NCBI GenBank assembly: GCA_964509195.1
Contig: CAZDWJ010000008.1
Location: 61,190-125,189 of the forward strand
Length of the DNA: 64,000 bases
Reading direction: 5' to 3'
Source of the DNA: an uncultured Leptospira sp.
GTDB taxonomy: Bacteria; Spirochaetota; UBA4802; UB4802
This document shows positions 29,617-40,714 of the stretch, one piece after another. Every line of letters begins with the position of its first letter. Positions within the stretch are counted from its first letter, which is position 1. The position numbers were made by a program, and so were the translations under genes. Under the pieces are notes generated by a model. The model saw nothing but the letters and a program-made list of their open reading frames with translations, was not told where the DNA came from and searched no databases.

Positions 29617-30811
29617 GTTTGCGTTCTAATGCTGATTTTTTCTTGTAAAAGTTAACAGTCTTTTCAAGCTCTTCTAAATTGGTACAGATGAGCTTGCCTT
29701 CATCCAATGTAATATTTTTGTCCTCAAGAAGTTCCACCACAAGATGATCCCCCTTATCCTGTGGGATTCCAACCATGTTAAGAAGCTCTTTGACTCCAAA
29801 ATCAAAGGTAAAACTTTCCTTGGGTGCAATCTTTACCTTTTGTTTTTCAACCTGAATGAGCAGTGTGTCATACATTCTGCCCAGCGGGTCGCGTATCATT
29901 AAGTTTTCAAGCTGGCGGTATGCTGTCCAAATTCGTTCACTTAAAAGCTGTATAAGCCGTGTTGCAAGCTGTGGTTGCGTCTGAACCATTGTTTCAAAAT
30001 TTTGTCTGTTGATTGCCATAAGTGTGGTATCACCAAACGTGATTGCAGAAGCGCTTCGGGGTCTGTTTTCAAGCAATGCCATTTCGCCAAAGATGTCACC
30101 TGGTTTTAATACCGCAAGCAGCACTTCTTCATCAACAATTTTGGTAATCTTAACCTTACCGCCCTGAATGATGTACAGTTCATCGCCTGGCTCATTTTCA
30201 CAGAATATCATCTGGTTGTCTTTATACACACGTGTGAGACTACTTTTCTGAGGATTTTCCGGGACTTTTAGCGGGGCATTGATTGATTTCAGATGAGCTA
30301 TCGCCTTATCCCTATTTACTCCATTTGGGCAGTGCTGTATATAGCGTTGCAATGCATATGCCGCATGGGGCAGGTTTTTCTTTTTAAGGTAGTATTCGCC
30401 AATTTTAAAAAGGTGTTCGGGATCCTCTTCAACTGCATTGGCAAAGGTAAGGCGGGTGATTGCCTGGTCAAACTCTCTGAGTTTGCGGGAAAAGAATCGA
30501 ATAATCTTCATGGCAACCGCAGGATTTTTCTGAATGAGAATACCAAACTGGTCTCGCTGCACTGAGATAAGCGAAACATCGGTTAATGCGACAGCACTTT
30601 CAATGTGGGCATGGCCACTCATGCAGGGAATAACACCAAAAAAATCACCAGGCCCAAGCAGGGGATTTGTTTCCTGTGCTATTGGATTTTCTTTCACAAG
30701 CTTAACTTTTCCCTGGCGTATGATATAAAAATTATCAGCGTTGCGCTTGCCTTCAACAACAACGAACGAATTTGCTAGATAGTTGACAACTTTAAACTGT
30801 TCCTGTGCCAT
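29594..30811 (-). CDS. protein with two cyclic-nucleotide-binding (cNMP/CAP-effector) domains
   Basis: Two copies of the beta-roll region: GPGDFFGVIPCMSGHAHIESAVAL and LKPGDIFGEMALLENRPRSASAITF (the classic G-E-x-A-L..x-R-[ST]-A motif). A TPR-like linker lies between them. No DNA-binding HTH evident. Confidence 0.7.
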   Translation of the reverse strand: MAQEQFKVVNYLANSFVVVEGKRNADNFYIIRQGKVKLVKENPIAQETNPLLGPGDFFGVIPCMSGHAHIESAVALTDVSLISVQRDQFGILIQKNPAVAMKIIRFFSRKLREFDQAITRLTFANAVEEDPEHLFKIGEYYLKKKNLPHAAYALQRYIQHCPNGVNRDKAIAHLKSINAPLKVPENPQKSSLTRVYKDNQMIFCENEPGDELYIIQGGKVKITKIVDEEVLLAVLKPGDIFGEMALLENRPRSASAITFGDTTLMAINRQNFETMVQTQPQLATRLIQLLSERIWTAYRQLENLMIRDPLGRMYDTLLIQVEKQKVKIAPKESFTFDFGVKELLNMVGIPQDKGDHLVVELLEDKNITLDEGKLICTNLEELEKTVNFYKKKSALERKREASKSS

Positions 30812-31031
30812 GCAGTGCCGTTACCATTTAAAATTACTGTCTTTGCTCAAAGGATAGTGTATTCACAATAAAAGTAAACAAAAAAATGAGTTTTAGCAAT
30901 AATACTATATACTAATTATTCCTAAACGCTTAATTATAACTAAAAAAGAAATTGATGCACACATCCTTATACATTAAAAATCGGTATTATAGACTATAAT
31001 ATCAAGAAAATTTAGATACATAAAAGGGTAT

Positions 31032-31382
31032 CTATGCTTTGAGGTTGGTAAGATTCTGTATTTTCAGGCGTTTGATCTGATTGAAAATATTTGAGTCCGA
31101 TGGCTCATAGTAGGATGCTTTTTGGTATGAAGCGATAGCTGCTTTTGTGTTCTGCAAAGTTTCATACACCTGACCGCGGTGAGAATAAAACTCCTTCTGG
31201 CGTATGCGTACTTTCTGTAACGAGAGATCCGGTTGCTCGCCAATTGGTGGTACTGGAAGCTCTTTTTTAAAGCGCTTCATAGGAGCAAGTATGTCATTTG
31301 TGGCATCTGCATACACAGAATCGCGTTTCTTGAGCTGTAGGATAACAGGTATTGGTGAAACGTTTTTAATTGGTTCAATCAT
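31032..31382 (-). CDS. hypothetical protein (single TPR-like helix pair)
   Basis: 116-aa ORF with a plausible start. Only weak TPR-like similarity. Confidence 0.35.
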   Translation of the reverse strand: MIEPIKNVSPIPVILQLKKRDSVYADATNDILAPMKRFKKELPVPPIGEQPDLSLQKVRIRQKEFYSHRGQVYETLQNTKAAIASYQKASYYEPSDSNIFNQIKRLKIQNLTNLKA

Positions 31383-31569
31383 AGTACTATTATTCCTATC
31401 TTACTATAAATATATATGGAATCCTTGTGGGAAGTCAACAAAAAAAAAGCTGGCTAACACTGCGATGTAGTTATTAAAACATCAAAATCCGCTTTCCTGA
31501 TTTTGCGGGAAGGGGATGGAAGTGGGGATACACTATAGTACTTATTTTCAACAGAGAAAAATTAAATAC

Positions 31570-33240
31570 CTAATCCGAAGTAAGATATTTTTCCAGATAC
31601 TCATTCAGGTCGTTGATGTTTTTTCGTATCATGGATTTAAATTCCGGAGGTATGTTCTGCTGCATTACCACTCTATAGTAATTCAGGGCATCACGCACTT
31701 TTCGCTTTTTTATAAGGTCATCTGCTTTCTGTAATAACGGTCTGTATTTATAAAAGGCATATTCCAGGATATTTTTTTCTCTTGAAAGGCTGAATTCATC
31801 CGGGAGTTTTTTAAAGTCATAAGTTACTTTTAATATTGGCAAATCCTTTTTCTTTCGTCTGTCATGCTGCAAAAACTTTTCATAAAATTTGCGGTCTTCT
31901 TCCAGTTTGCGAAGTGTTTCCGGGTCTGAAGTATCATATTCAACTTCTTCAGATTTTCTGTAGTCACCTAATATTTCAATTTCGTCCTGTTTTTTACGTT
32001 TATCCTCTTCAAGTATCTTTTTGAAGATATCTTCATCGCTGACTTCATCCAGCTCACTTTTTTTCTCATCTTTTATGATGTCGCTGATAAGTTCCCAGTC
32101 CTCTTCTTCTTTTTGTTTTTCAGTTTTTTCCACAATTTCTGATGATTGTGTTGTTTCACCCGGCTTGACTTTATCACCATACAGCTTTTTCAGAATATCT
32201 TTTGCAATATCCCCGTGAATTTTGTCTTTGTCTATGGGTTGTGGTTTTGGAGCGGTTATAGTTGGCAGCTTTTCCAGGATTTTTAGTATAGGCTCCGGGT
32301 CAATTTCAATTGGCAATTTGCCCTCATATTTTACTGTGGAAACAGCAGGCTGAGCGCCTGATTCAAGAAGCTTAGAGTGTACTTCCTTTAAACGTTCTAG
32401 TTCATTCCTGGTTTTTTCTTTTTCTTCATATAGTTTAAACATTCTGTCGGTAAGGTCATTTAGCTGATTTTGCAACTTCTGCATTTCGGATGATTCTTCT
32501 TTGCCGGCTAATCCCTTTAACTGGTTTGATAATTCTTTTTTTAATTCCTCTAAGCGTGATGCTAAGCTACTGATTTCATCTTTGTATTTATTGATTGCAG
32601 CTTCTTCCAGATTTTCTAATTTCTGCTTTTCCTGAATACGTCTGGTAATTTCATCAACTATCCTGTCAACATCCACAGGCTGAGGGTTAAATCCAATCTG
32701 TATTTTATCAGGAAGCTTTATGGGGCTGTCCAGTGAAATTTTGATTTCATTTGGCTTGCTTCTAGATTCAGTTTTCATCTGATGTTGTTGAGTTTCTTGT
32801 TTTTGCTTGTATTTTTTAAGGTAATCAATATTAGCATTGATTTTTGCATTGGTTTCCGCATCTAAGATTCTATCATTTACGCCTTCGTATAGTGAAATAG
32901 CTGTGGTAAAATCGCCTTTTTTAGCATACACTTCCGCATTCATTAGTATCCGCATATATATCCTGAATCGTGAATGAGAAGGAATTATCTCTAAAGCAGA
33001 ATAAGGCAATTTAAAATCATCATCAATGAATGTTTCTTCATGAGGTGCATCAGTTGCTCTTCTCTTAGGTTTGCTTGCATCAGGATATTTCTCTTCAATT
33101 TCGAGGTCACTTGCGCGGCGGCGGAAAATTTTTTCTGGAGGCGCACTTTGGGCTGTCTCAGCTTTTGAATCATTACCTGTGATTGCCCACAGTAGTATTA
33201 TAATCACAACAATCAACAATGTAATAAGAATTGGTATCAT
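31570..33240 (-). CDS. membrane-anchored coiled-coil protein with terminal TPR-like segments, highly K/E-rich
   Basis: N-terminal TM helix (MIPILITLLIVVIIILLWAITG), then a long charged heptad-rich region. 556 aa. Confidence 0.5.
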   Translation of the reverse strand: MIPILITLLIVVIIILLWAITGNDSKAETAQSAPPEKIFRRRASDLEIEEKYPDASKPKRRATDAPHEETFIDDDFKLPYSALEIIPSHSRFRIYMRILMNAEVYAKKGDFTTAISLYEGVNDRILDAETNAKINANIDYLKKYKQKQETQQHQMKTESRSKPNEIKISLDSPIKLPDKIQIGFNPQPVDVDRIVDEITRRIQEKQKLENLEEAAINKYKDEISSLASRLEELKKELSNQLKGLAGKEESSEMQKLQNQLNDLTDRMFKLYEEKEKTRNELERLKEVHSKLLESGAQPAVSTVKYEGKLPIEIDPEPILKILEKLPTITAPKPQPIDKDKIHGDIAKDILKKLYGDKVKPGETTQSSEIVEKTEKQKEEEDWELISDIIKDEKKSELDEVSDEDIFKKILEEDKRKKQDEIEILGDYRKSEEVEYDTSDPETLRKLEEDRKFYEKFLQHDRRKKKDLPILKVTYDFKKLPDEFSLSREKNILEYAFYKYRPLLQKADDLIKKRKVRDALNYYRVVMQQNIPPEFKSMIRKNINDLNEYLEKYLTSD

Positions 33241-33498
33241 AACAAACGCTAGTAATCAATCTCCGTATCAATTATATTTTATACACCACTGACATTCTAA
33301 AACTAGATAAAGAATTTGCACATGCTGTCATTGTAAACATTATTTAAGATGAGTTGTGCCATAAATGTCCTTTTTACCTTTTAACTATCGCTCATAATAA
33401 TTATAATATACAAATAATATATGCAATGCAATAGAATTATGAAAAAAATATTTTTTAAGCGATAGTTACTGTTAAAAATACCTTCTATTACACTATCG

Positions 33499-35646
33499 TC
33501 ATACGTGAGCAGAAATCAAAACTACAGATGACATTTTTTTAGTTAAATAGCTTTCCTGGGAAGGGATTGACGTACCTTGTAGTATTATATCATCAGGTGT
33601 ATGCAGTGAGGTATCGACCACACGTAGCCATTGACTACCGTTAAATGGCTTTGGTAGTGAAAATGCGAGGTCATATTCAGATGCGTTGAATATCATATAT
33701 ATATCATTATCGGGAGTACCGTATTGAAGCTTAGCATATGCACCGTTAAGATGCAATGCAATAGAATGGCTGTAATATCCAAGATCAGGGGCATGGCAGT
33801 TAACACCGTGCCACACGCAATCAGGGTGTGTAAACCCTTGCTGGGCAGTGCCTGATAAAAAGTGCTTTTGCCGTAGTACTGGATGCATTTTGCGAAATTG
33901 AATCAAACACCGCACAAATCTATGTATATCATCAAATTGCTGCATCCTGTCCCAGTTTATCCAGGATATTTCGTTATCCTGGCAGTAGGCGTTGTTGTTA
34001 CCATTTTGAGTTCTACCCATCTCATCTCCTGCAAGCATCATGGGTACACCCTGAGACAAAAACAGTGTAGTAAAAAAATTTTTTATCTGCTGTCTTCTGA
34101 TTGTAAGTATTTCAGGCGGAGCATCATGACCTTCAACGCCGTAGTTACAACTCAAGTTATTGTTGTCCCCGTCTTGATTATTTTCACCATTAGCAAGATT
34201 GTGTTTTTCATTAAATGAAACTAAATCCAGCATAGTAAAGCCATCGTGGCAGGTGATAAAATTAATGCTGTGCAGTGGACTTCTGTTGGTTTTTTGGTAA
34301 ATATCAGGGCTGCCAATAATGCGCTGCATAAAGTTGACAACGGTATCATTATCGCCACGCCAGAAATGACGGACATCGTCACGGAATTTGCCATTCCATT
34401 CGGCCCACCGTCCGGGGAAATGGCCTATTAAGTACGCTCCGCCAGCATCCCAGGCTTCGGCAATAATTTTAGTGTTGCGCAAGATGGGGTCTTCGGATAT
34501 TTTTTCGATAAGTGGTGGATTTTGCAAAATATTTCCATCCTGATCCCTTCCAAGTATTGAAGCCAGATCAAATCTAAATCCATCAACATGCATATCAACA
34601 ACCCAGTAGCGCAAGCAGTCTAAGATAAAATCACGTACCAGTGGATTATTGCAGTTAACTGTGTTACCGCAGCCGGAAAAATTTTGATAAAATCGTTTGT
34701 TCTCTTTCAGCATGTAGTATATAGAATTATCAAAACCTTTAAAACTTATTGTGGGACCCAGATGGTCACCCTCAGCGGTATGATTGAATACAACGTCTAA
34801 AAACACCTCAATGCCAGCTTCATGAAAATCACGGATCATTTCCTTGAATTCATTAATCTGCTGACCCATTGTGCCACTTGATGAATATGTTGATTTTGGT
34901 GCAAAGAACGCAATGGTGCTGTAGCCCCAGTAGTTTTTGAGTCGCTCACCGGTAAACGGGTTCACATTAACATTTTCAAATTCATCAAATTCCTGAATGG
35001 GCATAAGTTCAACGGCAGTAATTCCCAATTCTTTCAAATAGGGTATCTTTTCGGTTAAGCCTTTAAAGGTACCTCTGTGCTTGACATTTGATGATGGATG
35101 ATAGGTAAACCCTTTTACATGAAGTTCGTAGATGATGGTATCTTCCATTGGAGTTTGAATGGGACGATCGTACCAATCAAATTCAGTGTCTACAACAATA
35201 CATTTGGGTGATTCTTTATAGTTTTTATCTGTAGAAAACGAAAGGTCCTCATCCGGGTGCCCCTTAATGTATCCACAGGCTTTGCTGAAATCCCATATAT
35301 GATTGCCACTGATAGCTTTAGCATAGGGGTCAAGCAACAGCTTATTTTTATTAAAACGATGCCCCTGATTAGGCTGATATGGTCCGTCAACTTTATAGCC
35401 ATAAAGCTGTCCTTCACGAATACCAGCAATCCAGATATGCCAGACATCACCTGTTTTATTGAGTTTGGGATCTAATTCAATTTCAATATATTCTTCAGTT
35501 TCTGATGAAGAAAATAGCAGGATTGAAACAGCTGTGGCATGACGGCTGAATAGCGCAAACCGTGCACCATGCCTGTCTAAATGAACACCTAATGGCAGGG
35601 GAGTCCCCGGCAACGTAACAAAATGATGTTGTTTAATGGGATGCAT
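33499..35646 (-). CDS. glgX: glycogen debranching enzyme (GH13 isoamylase-type)
   Basis: 715 aa. GH13 catalytic regions (DGFRFDLASIL; EAWD). N-terminal CBM48-like region. Confidence 0.85.
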   Translation of the reverse strand: MHPIKQHHFVTLPGTPLPLGVHLDRHGARFALFSRHATAVSILLFSSSETEEYIEIELDPKLNKTGDVWHIWIAGIREGQLYGYKVDGPYQPNQGHRFNKNKLLLDPYAKAISGNHIWDFSKACGYIKGHPDEDLSFSTDKNYKESPKCIVVDTEFDWYDRPIQTPMEDTIIYELHVKGFTYHPSSNVKHRGTFKGLTEKIPYLKELGITAVELMPIQEFDEFENVNVNPFTGERLKNYWGYSTIAFFAPKSTYSSSGTMGQQINEFKEMIRDFHEAGIEVFLDVVFNHTAEGDHLGPTISFKGFDNSIYYMLKENKRFYQNFSGCGNTVNCNNPLVRDFILDCLRYWVVDMHVDGFRFDLASILGRDQDGNILQNPPLIEKISEDPILRNTKIIAEAWDAGGAYLIGHFPGRWAEWNGKFRDDVRHFWRGDNDTVVNFMQRIIGSPDIYQKTNRSPLHSINFITCHDGFTMLDLVSFNEKHNLANGENNQDGDNNNLSCNYGVEGHDAPPEILTIRRQQIKNFFTTLFLSQGVPMMLAGDEMGRTQNGNNNAYCQDNEISWINWDRMQQFDDIHRFVRCLIQFRKMHPVLRQKHFLSGTAQQGFTHPDCVWHGVNCHAPDLGYYSHSIALHLNGAYAKLQYGTPDNDIYMIFNASEYDLAFSLPKPFNGSQWLRVVDTSLHTPDDIILQGTSIPSQESYLTKKMSSVVLISAHV

Positions 35647-36110
35647 GTTTAAATAAATATGATTAGCTTTGTTGTGTAAATAGTTACAGCATACAAATAT
35701 GGATGTATGCGCATAACAGTCAATGCAAATTTTTCTTAAACAGTGGTATGTTTATAGCTTATTGTGAAACAGTCCAATACCTTTGGAAAACAAAGATATA
35801 AAAATGCTATAGTAATGGAAGCTAAAAGTGGGGATAAAATGCGCAATGTAAACCATAGCGGTAAAAAAAAGATCAATGTATTTTAAGTTGGTTTATGCTC
35901 TGCAATATTAAAAAATGATATATGGTGTTTCAGTAAAGTGTTAGTTAATACGTTAGATTTAAGGGAACTTGAGTAAATGCATTTATAAAGAAGTACTCAT
36001 GTCATCCACCAATACACTGTGAAGATATTGCTTTAAAAAAAATTTAAAAAAATTCATTGACAAATCTAGTATATATAATAACATCAGACCATATGATAAT
36101 CTGATTTTTT

Positions 36111-37121
36111 TTGTGGACAAAAACCATGATTAAAATTGCTGAATTGCTTCCCCCGCGCCCTTCTGCATTGTGGACCATGGTAAAGCAATGTGGAATAGAG
36201 TATGTTGTTGGCGGTATGCAGCATTACGCTGGCTGGGAAAATATGCCAAAGGACTTCTGGCCATGGAGCTATAATTCACTGGTTCATATTAAGACCAATT
36301 ATGAAAACGGAGGATTTACGCTTGGAGTCATTGAATCCCGACCTCCAATGGAAAAAATAAAATTAGGCCTGCCGGGAAGGGATGAAGAAATTGAAAATGT
36401 CATAATGCTTATACAGAACATGGGGAAACTGGGCATTCCCGTATGGTGTTATGAATGGATGCCCGTGTTTGGTTGGACAAGGACTTCAACAACAACGCCC
36501 ATCCGCGGGGGTGCAATGGCTACCTCTTATGATCATGCACTAATGGAAAAGGCTCCAATGACTGAGTACGGAATTGTAACCGAAGAAACATTATGGAAAA
36601 ATCTACAGTATTTTCTAAACGCCGTTATCCCTGAAGCAGAAAAAGCAGGTGTAAAATTAGCCATGCATCCAGATGATCCACCCATTTCTCCTATTCGCGG
36701 TGTTGCGCGTATTATGCGCTCGGTTGAACATTTTCAAAAGTTACTGGATCTTTATCCAAGTGAGTTTAATGGCATTGCATTGTGTCAGGGTAATTTTGCA
36801 TTGATGACGGATGATCTTCCTGCTGTAATCAGAAAATTTGGAAAACAGGGTAAAATCTTTTTTGTCCATTTCAGGAATGTAAAGGGAACCGCACACAAAT
36901 TTACTGAAACATTTCATGACGATGGGATGATTGATATGTACGAATGCATGAAGGCATACTATGAGATTGGCTATGAGGGACTGATGCGTCCTGATCATGT
37001 TCCCACTATGGAAGGCGATAGCAATGATAATCCTGCCTATTCCTCAATTGGTAGGCTTTTTGCCATTGGGTACATAAAGGGCCTGGCGGAAGCAGTTGAA
37101 AAAAATCAATGCGGAAGGTGA
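36111..37121 (+). CDS. uxuA: D-mannonate dehydratase
   Basis: Conserved blocks match E. coli UxuA: VWCYEWMPVFGWTRT (VCYNFMPVLDWTRT), AMHPDDPPISPIRGVARI (AVHPDDPPRPILGLPRI), MRPDHV...AYSSIGRLFAIGYIKGLAEA (MRPDHG...GYSAIGRLKGLAEVRGV). Confidence 0.85.
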   Translation: MWTKTMIKIAELLPPRPSALWTMVKQCGIEYVVGGMQHYAGWENMPKDFWPWSYNSLVHIKTNYENGGFTLGVIESRPPMEKIKLGLPGRDEEIENVIMLIQNMGKLGIPVWCYEWMPVFGWTRTSTTTPIRGGAMATSYDHALMEKAPMTEYGIVTEETLWKNLQYFLNAVIPEAEKAGVKLAMHPDDPPISPIRGVARIMRSVEHFQKLLDLYPSEFNGIALCQGNFALMTDDLPAVIRKFGKQGKIFFVHFRNVKGTAHKFTETFHDDGMIDMYECMKAYYEIGYEGLMRPDHVPTMEGDSNDNPAYSSIGRLFAIGYIKGLAEAVEKNQCGR

Positions 37122-37129
37122 ATTAGATA

Positions 37130-37830
37130 TGGATACCATACAACCAATTAAGCGTAATAAGCTCACTGAATCGATAGTGAATCTGGTATTGACAAATATT
37201 AAAAATGGCACTCTTCCTCCAGGAAGCAAATTGCCTCCCGAGCGGGAATTGATGAAAAAATTGCAGGTGGGGCGTTCCACATTGCGTGAAGCGGTACAGT
37301 CGCTTGCACTTATGGGTATACTGGATGTAAAACCGGGTGAAGGAACTTTTGTAAGAACTATAGCCAAAGAAGAAATTATTGGCCCTCATTTATTTGTTCC
37401 ATTGATTGATAACGAAAGTATGGCAGATTTTTTTGAAGCTCGCCTTTTAATTGAACCACGCATCGCTGCGCTGGCAAGCAAAAGAAGGAATGCAGAGGAT
37501 ATTAAAGCTATTGAAGATACATTGGTAAAGACAAAACAACATATCAATAGTGGGGAAGATGTGGATCGCTTTGCAGGTCAGTTCCACTTGCAGATTGCAA
37601 AGGCATCAAAAAATATTGTGTGTGTCCGCTTTATGGAAGCCATTCTTTCATTCCTGGTTGGGAAAAGAGAAAACGCTGAACGTAATAAAGCCTTTTTACA
37701 ATGGGAGTATGAATCACACGAAAGCATTTTTACAGCAATAAAAAAGGGAGATGAAACAAAAGCATATAAGGCTATGGAGCAACATATTCAGGCAGTTTCA
37801 CAGTGGTATAAAAAATTAGATGTTGTATGA
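37130..37830 (+). CDS. GntR family transcriptional regulator, FadR/FCD subfamily
   Basis: N-terminal winged HTH (LPPGSKLPPERELMKKLQVGRSTLREAVQSL) and a C-terminal FCD-type all-helical domain. ATG at 37130 is chosen to avoid overlap with uxuA. Confidence 0.8.
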
Positions 37831-37853
37831 TTTTTCACTGATGGAGGTTTGCC

Positions 37854-40700
37854 GTGTATGGGAAACTATCTATTCTATTTTTGATACTTTTTTTTAATGT
37901 TGGGTATGCGATAGCAGCCACGTTCAATGTACTCATCTATCCAACGCCACTAGTATACATACACAATCAATCATATTTTCAGAGAATCATTATACAGGCT
38001 CATCAAGAGTTTGAAGGTGAAATTGTTGCCTGGATGGATGGTGTCAGCACAAAGAAGATAGTTACTACTCCAACAACTAATACAGCTATCGACTGTAAAA
38101 GAAATAGTATCAACTCGCCATCACAATTGAAAATTACTATAAGAAGGAATGATTCTATAGTTGCACAAAAAATCCTGTCAATACCTCCGGTAAAGGAATG
38201 GAAAATCTACTGTGTGCCCTTTGCGCACGTAGACATAGGTTTTACACAATCACAAAAGAATGTCCGCATTCAGAATCTGCGCAATATCGATACACATCTT
38301 TCCTTGTGCCAAAAGACAAAAAACTATCCGCCCGGCTCTCGATTTAAGCTTTTTACGGAAGTGAGCTGGCCTATTATTGAATACCTCAATGACCCGGCAA
38401 CACCTCACAGCAACAAGAATACACTTATTAAAGCATTGAAAAATGGTGATGTTGAGCTGGGTGCTTTTGTCATTTCTCATCAAAATAGGTTTATGAGTAC
38501 TTATGCACTTTTATCATCAGTGCGGCATACACTTACTATCGCACAAAAATACAACGTTGCCGTGAAAACTGCATGTATTCATGATGTCATGGATTTTTCC
38601 AAATTGCCAAAAGTCCTATATGCCAATAATATACCATACTGCCTGATTGGCCCCAATGACTCACGATATATAGTGCCGCCCCTTTTTTATCTAGCATCAC
38701 CTGATGGAAGCGCAAAGGTGCTGGCGTGGCATACCGTTGGGCTTAACGGGTATGGCGAAAATTTTGATTTGAATATGCGTCTTACATTGCCCTTCAAAGA
38801 CGATGATTTTAGCATAATGGAAACCAGCGTTGCACAGCATTTGGCGCAACTTGAAAAAGGATATCCCACAGAAGAAATTTCACGGTATTATGATTATGCA
38901 AACAAACAGTGGAACTATCCCTATGATGCATATCTTTTACCGTATTATCCGTCCCAGGGTGGCGACAATCAGCCTCAGACGATTGTACCTTCAGAAATTG
39001 CAAAGAGATGGAATGCAAAATTTATTAATCCAAAGATAGTCATTGCAACGCCTGCGGATTTCTTTGATTATGTATCAGCTGCGTATGGCGCACAGATTCC
39101 GATTATAAAAGGGGAATTGCCGCCATTCTGGGGTGAACAGATATATTTAGATTTTATTCAGGTTGATCCGCAGCGATTATCAATTAACTACTGGTATGAT
39201 TATGCACACCATTCACGCGGGATACATATGGTACAATCGCTACTTCTTGGTAAGCCTGTTGATATTACATCGTATAGTACACAAAGTCTTGAAGGGTACA
39301 TGGCAATCATACTTAATAATGACCACAATCCCAGACCTGTGCCATTCGGGAAAACGCATTACACAAAGCAGGATGTTCAAGACTGGATGGACACACGCAA
39401 TCAGTGGGTATATGCGCCTTTGAATGTTATGAAGGATGCAAAAGATGTACAGCAAAGCCGTAAGGAAGATGCTTTGTGGACGCTGGTGAACACACAAACA
39501 AATCCTCTAATTCTTGAAAATGCATTCTACCGTATTGCATTTGATAAAACGAAAGGCTGTATTACCAGTATTTTTGATGCACAGCTACAAAAGGAATTGG
39601 TAAACACACAGCACCGCTACGGCTTTAATCAATACGTTATAGGGGTACGGGGTGAAAACACTGGGAAGCGCAATTATTTTGACACCCAGGAAGGATTCAA
39701 ACGCGTCATATCCACGGTATATACAAATCCCAACAACGATTACAAAATAATTGTTAAAGGGTCAGAGCGTTCCTATTACAAGGGTATGGAATTGCTCTCT
39801 GAATTTTTGCATAAAGCATTTGGCATAAAGTTACCACCAACTTTGTTGAAAGTAGCGTATTTTTTCTATCAGCTGTTTACACCATCACTGTCGCTTACAC
39901 AGGAGATTATCATACCTGCTAATGAAAAGCGAATTGATTGTATACAACATTTTGAAGGTACTGCACCTCAAATAGCGGAACATTACTTTGCCTATCCTTT
40001 GGTTTTTGATGAGCTATCGTATGATTCTGGCTTTACGGTTGTAAAATGGAAGAGTCAAGACAATAGCGGTGACCTTATCCCAGCCGCTAAAAATACTGCA
40101 CCATTTAGAAGCATTAACGATACGCTGTATCCATTTCAGTGGATGTACGCAATCCCAACTTCTTTGTATTGTGATGGGTTTGTGTTGCAAAAAGACCGTT
40201 CACACTATGCATTATTTATCACACACAATAGCAAGGCGATAGTTCCAGATAATGATTCAAGTGCATTTTATCACTGTTGCATTGGATGGTCGTTGTGGGG
40301 TACTTTAGGGCTGGGACGCAATTTGCCAGATACTATCGCATTTAAAAGCACTTTTACAAGCTTTACGGCACACACAAAGAATGAAGCGATAGCAACTGCG
40401 TACAAACTTACATTTGATATATCAGGCCACACGAATCAATCGGCTGTAGAGTCACGTAATAGTAATGTGCGTGTTGTATATCTTCAACCTCTTTCAGAAA
40501 AAAGGATTGTTGTTGGTGTTTATGAGCTATCAGGCACGATGCAGTTTACTGAGCTTGTGATAAACACAAAACGTAGGATACTCAAGGCATATCATTCAGA
40601 CATTAATGGAAAAAAAATCAAAGCGCTGCAATTATCAGGAACTTCATTACCATTGAGTCTACATCCACATCAACTATCGTTTATAACATTTGAATTATAA
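37854..40700 (+). CDS. secreted glycoside hydrolase family 38-like protein (putative alpha-mannosidase-like), 948 aa
   Basis: Signal peptide. VPFAHVDIGFTQ resembles the GH38 N-terminal metal-binding motif (VPHSHNDPGW / HMHWDREW), but the first His is Phe here. An extra roughly 120-aa N-terminal domain is present. Family assignment is tentative. Confidence 0.4.
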   Translation: MYGKLSILFLILFFNVGYAIAATFNVLIYPTPLVYIHNQSYFQRIIIQAHQEFEGEIVAWMDGVSTKKIVTTPTTNTAIDCKRNSINSPSQLKITIRRNDSIVAQKILSIPPVKEWKIYCVPFAHVDIGFTQSQKNVRIQNLRNIDTHLSLCQKTKNYPPGSRFKLFTEVSWPIIEYLNDPATPHSNKNTLIKALKNGDVELGAFVISHQNRFMSTYALLSSVRHTLTIAQKYNVAVKTACIHDVMDFSKLPKVLYANNIPYCLIGPNDSRYIVPPLFYLASPDGSAKVLAWHTVGLNGYGENFDLNMRLTLPFKDDDFSIMETSVAQHLAQLEKGYPTEEISRYYDYANKQWNYPYDAYLLPYYPSQGGDNQPQTIVPSEIAKRWNAKFINPKIVIATPADFFDYVSAAYGAQIPIIKGELPPFWGEQIYLDFIQVDPQRLSINYWYDYAHHSRGIHMVQSLLLGKPVDITSYSTQSLEGYMAIILNNDHNPRPVPFGKTHYTKQDVQDWMDTRNQWVYAPLNVMKDAKDVQQSRKEDALWTLVNTQTNPLILENAFYRIAFDKTKGCITSIFDAQLQKELVNTQHRYGFNQYVIGVRGENTGKRNYFDTQEGFKRVISTVYTNPNNDYKIIVKGSERSYYKGMELLSEFLHKAFGIKLPPTLLKVAYFFYQLFTPSLSLTQEIIIPANEKRIDCIQHFEGTAPQIAEHYFAYPLVFDELSYDSGFTVVKWKSQDNSGDLIPAAKNTAPFRSINDTLYPFQWMYAIPTSLYCDGFVLQKDRSHYALFITHNSKAIVPDNDSSAFYHCCIGWSLWGTLGLGRNLPDTIAFKSTFTSFTAHTKNEAIATAYKLTFDISGHTNQSAVESRNSNVRVVYLQPLSEKRIVVGVYELSGTMQFTELVINTKRRILKAYHSDINGKKIKALQLSGTSLPLSLHPHQLSFITFEL

Positions 40701-40714
40701 AAGGAGGAAAACGT

